Origin: Longimicrobiales bacterium
Lineage (GTDB): Bacteria > Gemmatimonadota > Gemmatimonadetes > Longimicrobiales > Gaopeijiaceae
Assembly (NCBI GenBank): GCA_965226375.1
Contig: CBDDCX010000008.1
Span: forward strand, 2,176,001-2,240,000
Length of the DNA: 64,000 nt
Direction of reading: 5' to 3'
Positions 31,947 through 38,908 of the stretch are shown one piece after another (the stretch's first letter is position 1; every line of letters begins with the position of its first letter). Under the pieces are notes generated by a model that saw only the letters and a program-made list of their open reading frames with translations, was not told the origin of the DNA and did not search any database. A program made the translations under genes and the position numbers.

Positions 31947-32807
31947 CTAGAAGAACGGGGTGAACGGTACTGGGGTGGCCATCGGCGCGCCGAACCACTC
32001 CTGCCAGCGAGTCGTGATGAAACCGGACTCGTGCATCTCGTAGACGGCGACGTTTAGCCAGTCTCGGAGCGTGTCGTTACCCTTGGCGACCCCGAACCCG
32101 GAGTAGTCGGGAGGTCGGAAGTCGGGCGTGGCGAACCAATACCAGTCGACATTCGAGAACGCCCGAGAGAGCCGGAACCCCAGCGTGTCGATCCCGTCCA
32201 CCGACGCGTCCGCGCGACCCTGAGCCAGGGCCCGGTCCCGGTCGGTGTAGTTGTCGAGCAACAGGAGATTGGCCTTGGGTAACAGTCGTCTGACGATCTC
32301 GACGGTGACCGTGCCCCGTACCTGAACGAGGGTGATGTTCTCGTCGTCGAGCTGCTGCCACGTGGTGATGCCCGTCTCCTTGCGGGTCAGGACACCATAG
32401 CTCGACGTGTGAATCGGAACGCTGAAGTCGATGACCTTGGCCCGCTTGGAGTCCCGCGTCATCGCTCCCATGACGGCATCCACCTTTCCCAGGGCGACAA
32501 ACGGAATGCGGTCCGGTGAGCCGACGACAACGAGCTCGACCTCGACGCCGAGCATGCGACCGATCTCCGCCGCGACGTCAACCTCGAACCCGACGATCTC
32601 GTTCTGATCATCGTACAGGGCGCGCGGCGGGATCTTGGGATTCAAGCCGATCCTGATAGTACCCGCCTTGAGAATGTCGTCGAGTGTGCGAGCCCCCGTG
32701 CTGTCCGCGGTGCGCTCCGACGCACATCCGCCCGCTCCCACAAGCGCGAGAAGGCCGAGGATGGATCCTCGGCAAATGCCTCGTGAGGCAGAACAGCGCG
32801 TCTTCAT
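31947..32807 (-). CDS. Amino-acid ABC transporter substrate-binding lipoprotein (family 3)
   Basis: Lipobox AGGC; TLDDILKAGTIRIG, GFEVDVA, RAKVIDFS; RBS GGAGG. Confidence 0.9.
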   Translation of the reverse strand: MKTRCSASRGICRGSILGLLALVGAGGCASERTADSTGARTLDDILKAGTIRIGLNPKIPPRALYDDQNEIVGFEVDVAAEIGRMLGVEVELVVVGSPDRIPFVALGKVDAVMGAMTRDSKRAKVIDFSVPIHTSSYGVLTRKETGITTWQQLDDENITLVQVRGTVTVEIVRRLLPKANLLLLDNYTDRDRALAQGRADASVDGIDTLGFRLSRAFSNVDWYWFATPDFRPPDYSGFGVAKGNDTLRDWLNVAVYEMHESGFITTRWQEWFGAPMATPVPFTPFF

Positions 32808-33198
32808 CCTAGGTCCCTCCGGGACTCGAGAAGCAGAGTCACGGCGATGGTCGCAGGGCCCCAACGTGCAGGCGGGGGGGGGAGCGGCGCCGTGGGGCCG
32901 GACCGTAGTGTACCGGTAGGCGCGACACCGGAACAGAGGGGAAAACGCGGGTCGCAAGAGACACAAGAACACGAAGGGATAGCCGAAACAGAAGCTCTGT
33001 TGGCTCGCGCGCTCCGTCCGCGGTTTCCTTCTTTGCCGCCAGCAGATCCGCGGTGCCGTACTGATTTCGAGGGTCGGTTTGCTCCACGCCGAGACCACCG
33101 AACGCAGCGAGGTGCATCGCGATCGATTAAGTACCCTGTCACCGAAGTGGAGCTTCGCCGTCTGAGAACTCACGGAAAGGAAGCTGAATGGCCCGCCT

Positions 33199-33702
33199 GT
33201 TAGGCTGCGGGCCCCTCTCTTGACGGCAGCGACTTCTCCATAAGGCAGGAGAATTCGTCCGAGGCGGAGACGACGTAGCCTAAGCTCTCGTAGAGTCGCG
33301 TCGCCGGGTTACTCTTGAAGACGCGAAGCCGCACGAGGTCGTGGCCTTCGTTCACCGCGATGCTCTCAACGTGTTTCATTACGGCGGTGCCAAGGCCCGA
33401 GCCGCGTGATTCCTGAGTTAGCGGGATCGTCTTGAGATACAGAGCGTCATCCTCGGCACGGACGGCAAAGAACCCGACGCGCTGGCCTTCGCGATAGACC
33501 ATCTGATACGGCTGAGGAGGGGAGGGCTGCTGGAGATGACGCGCTTCGTCCCAACCGACGGTGCCGGACATCTCTTCGAAGAAGTTCGCCTTCTTGCGGT
33601 TCCGGACAAACGCGCCATCGTGCTCGGGATCGCAGGGCCTGAGCTCGAAGGTCGGTTGAGGCACGGGCGGCGCGGGTGGTTGATTGAAGGCAGCAGCCTA
33701 AC
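33199..33702 (-). other. Integron gene-cassette boundaries (R' GTTAGGCTGC at start, R'' GCAGCCTAAC at end)
   Basis: Perfect 10-bp complementary core sites at 33693-33702 and 33199-33208 bracketing one promoterless ORF. Confidence 0.7.
33200..33664 (-). CDS. GNAT family N-acetyltransferase carried as an integron-type cassette
   Basis: RGSGLGT, LRVFKSNPATRLYESLGY; stop TAA lies inside GCAGCCTAAC. Confidence 0.85.
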   Translation of the reverse strand: MPQPTFELRPCDPEHDGAFVRNRKKANFFEEMSGTVGWDEARHLQQPSPPQPYQMVYREGQRVGFFAVRAEDDALYLKTIPLTQESRGSGLGTAVMKHVESIAVNEGHDLVRLRVFKSNPATRLYESLGYVVSASDEFSCLMEKSLPSREGPAA

Positions 33703-33778
33703 ACAACTTGAAAGCACGCCCCCTGTGGGTACCGTGGAGTTGCGAAACGACCATGGACCACAGCAGAGGGCGGCTCTC

Positions 33779-34870
33779 ATGAAGCGGAACACCAAGTATG
33801 TGGGACTCGACGTGCACCAGGCAATGACGGTGGCGACGGTTCGGAGCCAAGGGGGACGAGTGATCGCGCGCAGCGTGATCGAGACGGGGGACGCATCGAT
33901 CACGGAGTTCTTCAGTGCGATGCGCGGGTCGGTGCATGTGGTGTTCGAGGAGAGAACCCAGGCGCAGTGGCTCTACGACCTACTGAGTCCTCGTGTGGAT
34001 CGGGTGGTCGTGTGCGATCGCAGAGGCGAAAAGCGTTCGGGCAACAAGGGGGACCAGGTCGATGCCGACGAGCTGTCGGAGCGGTTGCGGTGTGGCGGGC
34101 TGCGCGCGGTATACCACGGCGCACACGGCCGATCTGATCTCAAGGAGCTGACTCGAGCCTATCGCAACCTCGTCGAAGACGGCACGCGCGTGATGCTGCG
34201 GCTCAAGGCACTCTTCCGTGCGCGGGCGATCCGAACCACGGGCGGCGGAGTCTACCAGCCGAAGCAGCGCGGCGCCTGGCTCGCGCAGCTACCGGAGGGA
34301 GGAGCTCGTCTACGAGCCGAGACCCTGTACGCTCAGCTCGATGTGCTTCGGGCTCAGCGCAAGAAGACCAAGGCGGCCATGGTCGCCGAGGCGAAGCGTG
34401 ATCCGGCCTTCGGGGTGCTCGAGACGATCCCCTACTTTGGGCCCGTGCGTATCGCACTGTTGCTAGCAACCATGGGTACGCCGTGGCGCTTCCGCACGAA
34501 GCGCAACCTGTGGGCCTATGCCGGACTCGCCGTGGTCACGCGCTCGAGCTCCGACTACGAGTTGTTCGATGGGCGTCCTCGCCGGCGGCGGCGCCCTCCG
34601 CTCACTCGAGGGTTGAACCGCAACCACAATCGAGTCCTCAAGAATGTCTTCAAGGGCGCCGCCAACGTAGCCATTGGACGTCCGGGCCCATTCCTGGACT
34701 TCTATAACCGAATGCTCGAGCGCGGGATGCGCGAGGAGCTCGCCCGTGTGACGCTGGCTCGCAAGCTCGCAGCGCTCACCCTTCGTCTACTCAAAACCGG
34801 AGAAGTCTTTGATCCGACGCAGCTGAGTCGACCCCAAACATTGAGGGGGGTTCATCGTCCTAGGGTGTAG
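33779..34870 (+). CDS. IS110-family DEDD recombinase/transposase
   Basis: YVGLDVH, VFEE, KGDQVDA (DEDD); IPYFG, WAYAGLAV.TRSSS C-terminal domain; LARKL. Confidence 0.9.
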   Translation: MKRNTKYVGLDVHQAMTVATVRSQGGRVIARSVIETGDASITEFFSAMRGSVHVVFEERTQAQWLYDLLSPRVDRVVVCDRRGEKRSGNKGDQVDADELSERLRCGGLRAVYHGAHGRSDLKELTRAYRNLVEDGTRVMLRLKALFRARAIRTTGGGVYQPKQRGAWLAQLPEGGARLRAETLYAQLDVLRAQRKKTKAAMVAEAKRDPAFGVLETIPYFGPVRIALLLATMGTPWRFRTKRNLWAYAGLAVVTRSSSDYELFDGRPRRRRRPPLTRGLNRNHNRVLKNVFKGAANVAIGRPGPFLDFYNRMLERGMREELARVTLARKLAALTLRLLKTGEVFDPTQLSRPQTLRGVHRPRV

Positions 34871-35250
34871 GGGTGCAGCGCATGACCTTCGATCCCTTGG
34901 AACGTCGAATCCCTGGACGACGGTGCGGGAGGCAGTCTCAAGCAAATCCGTACGCCCGGCTCGCAGTCATGCCGAGGCACGATCCTAACTCCAGGCCCTT
35001 CCGCAGAACCCGAAGAAGTGTCAGGCCGGCCCCGAGGCTGAGTCTCAGATAGAACCATGGTTCGCGTCGTACGACCTAGGTCCACTCAATCAAGTCCAGA
35101 CGGATCGACCATCCAAGTGAGGATCATCGTGGCCGACACGAAGACTGACTCATCCAGCACACCGCTCCCTGACGATCCGGTCATTCCAGCCAAGCGGAGG
35201 CTGAGTGCCAAGCCCAACACGGCTTCGCAGACAGCCGGGGCGGAGCCCGG
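34871..35250 (+). ncRNA. Candidate bridge/seekRNA in the IS right non-coding end
   Basis: CCTAAC (34984-89) equals the target flank plus core; ATAGAAC (35049-55) equals the IS right end plus core; RNA boundaries unknown. Confidence 0.55.
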
Positions 35251-35274
35251 CCTTGACACTCTCTTTCATAGAAC

Positions 35275-35608
35275 GCCTAGTTGCTAGGCCGCCGTCGTGC
35301 AGCACTTCAGCGGTTCCGTAGGCGAGCGAGATGACATCCAGTCCGTCAAACCCCTCGGTGTAGAATGCCAAGGCAGCGGCCCGCCCTAGGATCGGATCTC
35401 CGCCAGGTGGGAGGAGGATCGCGTCGGGCGCGAAGAACCGAAGGTAGCCCTCAAGACTTTCCGCCGTGGGCCGACCAGGGCCGAACAACGCTTCAATCGA
35501 ATCGAGCTGTGCTTGTAAGATCTGGCGATCCGACGGGATGCCGGCCCTCGTGTCGGGACCGCAGGCGACAATGACAACTAGCAAAGCGAAGGGGCCGTGC
35601 CTGAGCAT
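35275..35608 (-). pseudogene. NTF2-like/DUF4440 lipoprotein, 3'-truncated at the IS110 junction
   Basis: Lipobox IVAC; FFAPDAILLPPGGDPILGRAA; the frame runs into the IS after GGLATRR. Confidence 0.65.
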
Positions 35609-35664
35609 AGAGATGCGTCTCCTGATTCTAACTATCACTGCAGCACCAGCTAACGGAAGGCATG

Positions 35665-35779
35665 TCCTAACGAGCTCACGGACTCACGACGCGAAGCGGC
35701 CGGCCCGTTGCTCACGTTAGAGCTTCGCGTCCCCGAGCGACAGCGAGCCTGAGGGCCGTGCGTGAGTCTGGCGTTATCG
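35665..35779 (-). other. attC-like site
   Basis: Minus strand CGATAAC ... GTTAGGA, 115 bp; nested IRs GACTCACG/CGTGAGTC and ACGCGAAGC/GCTTCGCGT; spacers non-canonical. Confidence 0.5.
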
Positions 35780-35818
35780 GGATGTGGTCCCGGTCGTTCA
35801 AGGCGGCACGCGTCAAAG

Positions 35819-36010
35819 TCAAAGAGCGATCTGCGACCACACGAAGACGTTGGCCCACGTCAGGACCGCGAGAAAAAGGACCGCAGCGGAGCCTTGGACA
35901 GACGTGCGCTTGGCTGTAGCCCCCACCACGAGGACGGCGAGAAGAAGAATGTTGGCGAGTTGGCCGGCGTCCCAGACAGCCCCGTTTAGGCGAAGGTTGG
36001 CGATCATCCA
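35819..36010 (-). pseudogene. 3' fragment of a small membrane protein upstream of the attC-like site
   Basis: Two hydrophobic segments; no convincing start. Confidence 0.35.
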
Positions 36011-36043
36011 AACTAGGTGGTACCCAGCGAACGGGAGCCCATC

Positions 36044-38443
36044 ATGGAGACGCTACTTCAGGACCTCCGATTCACGCTTCGGAGCTTGCTGCGCCGCCCG
36101 ATGCTTTCCCTTACCATCGTGATCACCTTCTCTCTCGGGGTCGGGGCGAACACCGCCATCTTCAGCGTGGTTCGTGGTGTGCTGCTGCGCCCCCTTCCCT
36201 TCCGGGACGTCGACACGCTCGTGCGCCTGGGCGAGTCGGGGCCGACCGGCCGCGAGTTCATCGCCACCTCGATGCCCAACTTTACGGACTGGAACACCGC
36301 ACGGTCGTTCACGGAGATGGCCGGATATTGGGCCGGGCCCGAAATCTGGGTCGGTGGTGAATTTCCCGAGCGCATCGCCATGGCCCGAGTGACCGCAAAC
36401 TACTTCTCACTGGTAGGGCTCAACCCGATTCTCGGCCGCACCTTTCTTCCTCAGGAGTTCACCACCGACGCCCCGGTCGCCATCCTCACGCACCACTTCT
36501 GGGCACGGGCCCTGGGGGCCGACTCGAGCGTCGTGGGAAAGCAGCTCGCCTTGGACGGCGGTTCCCGCACGATCGTGGGTGTGATGGGGCCCGATGTCGG
36601 GCCTTCGGGCACCGCGCCCTTTCACGGGGCACTGCTCACACCGAGGGCCGAGGTGGTGAAACCCGTATGGAGGCGTTCAGCTCGCTTCCTCAATGTCATC
36701 GCCCGCCTCCGCCCGGGGGTCACCTTCGAGGAGGCACGGGCTGAGATGGGTCGTATGGGGGCGGATCTCAATGCCCTCTACCCGGATGCCAATCCGAGAG
36801 CCCAGATCCGTGTGCTTCCGGTGACCGAAGCGTTGATGGGTACGGCGCGAACCTCGATCCTTCTCTTGTGGGCTGCCGTCGGCTCGGTGCTCCTCATCAC
36901 ATGCCTGAACATCGCGAGCCTCCTACTCGTTCGCGCGGCCGGGCGTTCTGAGGAGTTCACGCTGCGTCGTGCCTTGGGCGCCAGCCGCAAACGCCTTCTA
37001 AAGTTGGCCTTCACCGAGACGTTGGTCCTCGCCACCTTGGGTGGGGCCCTCGGGGTGGGCTTTGGATGGCTGATTCAAACCCTTTTCGTGAACCTCGTGC
37101 CCGCCGGTGTACCGCGTATGGACGAGGTCCGGTTGGACGCGATCGTGCTCCTGTTCGCCGCGGCGATCACGCTGGTGTCTGCCGGCCTCTTCGGACTGGC
37201 GCCGGCAGCCAGCGTGTTCCGGACGCGCTCTCACATGCCGTCGAACACCCGCGGCGGGGGTGGGTCCCGCACCTCTTCATTTCTGCGATGGGTCGTGGGC
37301 ACTGAGGTGGCCGTCGCACTCGTCCTCGTCTTCGGCTCTTCGATCTTCCTCGAGACCTTCATCGCGTTGACGAGCGTCGACCCCGGATACGACCCGAGCC
37401 TCAGTGTGACCGGCCGGGTCAGCCTCCCCGCGAGTCGTTTTCGAGAACCGGAAAAGAAGGTGCAGTTCTACCGGCAGATCGAAGAACGGGTCAGTGCGCT
37501 GCCCGGTGTCGAGGCCGTTTCGACCGCCGTACTCGCGGTCCCGACCAGGAGCGGTTTTGGAGTGGGGATCGGCGTGGATGGCGCCCTCGACCAGACCCGC
37601 GGGGACGTGTTCAGGGTCGGACCCGGCTTCTTCGAGGTCCATCGGATCACGCTGACCTCCGGGCGCCTCTTCGACACGAACGATGGCGTCCATGCTCCCC
37701 GCGTGGCCATCGTGAGCGAATCGACCGCACGGTCCCTGTTCGGCGACGAGTCCGCCCTGGGGCGGAGCGTCCGCTTGACCACACATCTCAGCCTCGCCGA
37801 TGAACCGCGTCACATCGTTGGCGTGGTCCAGGACGCGAGGCTCTACGGTCCGGAGAGCCCGGTTCCCACGACGGTGTATATGCCGCTCGACCAGTGGGCG
37901 AGCGGGGGCGTCTATATCACGGCGCGAGTCGTGAGCGACCCCGCGTCGTTCGTGGGGCCCCTGAGGGAAGCGATCCACGCGGTCGACCCACTCCTCCCCG
38001 TGGGTAACCTGGGGACGCTGGAGCAAACCCTGAGCACGCGCTATGCCTCCCCGCGATTCTACACGGTCCTGTTGAGCTCCTTCGCAGCCGTTGCGCTCCT
38101 CCTGATGGCGGCAGGGGTGTTCGGCGTGCTCTCCACCACGATCGAGCAACGGCTCAGAGAGGTCGGCGTACGCATTGCGTTGGGGGCGAGTCGCGTCGAC
38201 GTCGTGGGCTGGGCCATCAGGATCGGGATGATCCCTTCGTTGGTCGGGATCGCGCTGGGCCTGGCGGGGTCAATCGGTTTGAAGAGGATCCTGAATAGCC
38301 GCGTCGCAGAGCTCGAGGTCGCGGACCCGGCGATGTTCTCGCTCGGATCGGTGATCGTGATCGGGGTGACCCTCTGCGCTTGCCTTCTCGCGGCCAGACG
38401 CGTAGCGGTGCTCGAGCCGGTCTCGGTTCTGCGAGCGGAGTAG
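36044..38443 (+). CDS. ADOP-type duplicated ABC permease (MacB/FtsX domains)
   Basis: METLLQDLRFTLRSL, GANTAIFSVV.GVLLRPLP, LLITCLNIASLLL.R, REVGVRIALGA, VLRAE. Confidence 0.9.
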   Translation: METLLQDLRFTLRSLLRRPMLSLTIVITFSLGVGANTAIFSVVRGVLLRPLPFRDVDTLVRLGESGPTGREFIATSMPNFTDWNTARSFTEMAGYWAGPEIWVGGEFPERIAMARVTANYFSLVGLNPILGRTFLPQEFTTDAPVAILTHHFWARALGADSSVVGKQLALDGGSRTIVGVMGPDVGPSGTAPFHGALLTPRAEVVKPVWRRSARFLNVIARLRPGVTFEEARAEMGRMGADLNALYPDANPRAQIRVLPVTEALMGTARTSILLLWAAVGSVLLITCLNIASLLLVRAAGRSEEFTLRRALGASRKRLLKLAFTETLVLATLGGALGVGFGWLIQTLFVNLVPAGVPRMDEVRLDAIVLLFAAAITLVSAGLFGLAPAASVFRTRSHMPSNTRGGGGSRTSSFLRWVVGTEVAVALVLVFGSSIFLETFIALTSVDPGYDPSLSVTGRVSLPASRFREPEKKVQFYRQIEERVSALPGVEAVSTAVLAVPTRSGFGVGIGVDGALDQTRGDVFRVGPGFFEVHRITLTSGRLFDTNDGVHAPRVAIVSESTARSLFGDESALGRSVRLTTHLSLADEPRHIVGVVQDARLYGPESPVPTTVYMPLDQWASGGVYITARVVSDPASFVGPLREAIHAVDPLLPVGNLGTLEQTLSTRYASPRFYTVLLSSFAAVALLLMAAGVFGVLSTTIEQRLREVGVRIALGASRVDVVGWAIRIGMIPSLVGIALGLAGSIGLKRILNSRVAELEVADPAMFSLGSVIVIGVTLCACLLAARRVAVLEPVSVLRAE

Positions 38444-38509
38444 GACGGGAACGCCGCACCCCGCACCCCCCCCCAACCATGATCCAACCTTTCGCCCCTA
38501 CTGCACGTC

Positions 38510-38536
38510 CTATAGTATAGCGTTGCTATACTATAG
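38510..38536. promoter_or_regulatory. Palindromic operator upstream of padR
   Basis: CTATAGTATAGC-GTT-GCTATACTATAG perfect 12-bp IR, AT-rich in a GC-rich background. Confidence 0.65.
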
Positions 38537-38580
38537 CATCGCTAACCACTGGGACCGGCCTGGCCCCGAGGAGAGAACCG

Positions 38581-38907
38581 ATGGGACGCACATCGCTGGG
38601 CGAGTTCGAGCAACAGGTCTTGCTCGTGATCATGCGGCTCGGCAGCGAGGCGTATTCGGTACCGATAGTGGCCGAGCTGGGAGAACGCACAGGACGTGAA
38701 GCCGCGACCTCGGCTGTGTACATCGCCCTTCGCCGCCTCGAGAAGAAGGGATTCTTGACCTCCCGGCTCGAGTCTCCGGAGCAGAGCGGCGGGCCATACC
38801 CTCGGCGGTACTTCGCCCTCACGGAGGCGGCCCTGGAGCCACTCAAGGCGGCTCGGCAATCCCTACTGAGCCTGTGGGACGGACTCGAACCGGCACTAGA
38901 CGACTGA
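38581..38907 (+). CDS. padR: PadR-family transcriptional regulator
   Basis: LGEFEQQVLL, AVYIALRRLEKKG, RRYFALT. Confidence 0.9.
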   Translation: MGRTSLGEFEQQVLLVIMRLGSEAYSVPIVAELGERTGREAATSAVYIALRRLEKKGFLTSRLESPEQSGGPYPRRYFALTEAALEPLKAARQSLLSLWDGLEPALDD

Positions 38908-38908
38908 C

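Larger units (their letters stand above)
33703..35274 (+). mobile_element. IS110-family element with IS1111-type architecture
   Basis: Short left end (76 bp), long right end (~400 bp); sub-terminal IR TGAAAG 6 nt inside the left end and 3 nt inside the right core; AAC at both junctions; TTGACA at 35253; no long TSD. Confidence 0.8.

Noticed and set aside
32990..33065. attC-like 3' half (GCAGATCCGCGGTGCCGTA)
   Set aside because: No GTT core and no matching R''/L'' found
33190..33210. Group IIC-attC intron at the cassette R'' site
   Set aside because: No reverse transcriptase ORF or intron ends seen
35253..35274. Strong circle-junction promoter from TTGACA plus the left end
   Set aside because: The -35 is perfect but the -10 formed on joining (CAACTT) is weak; not called
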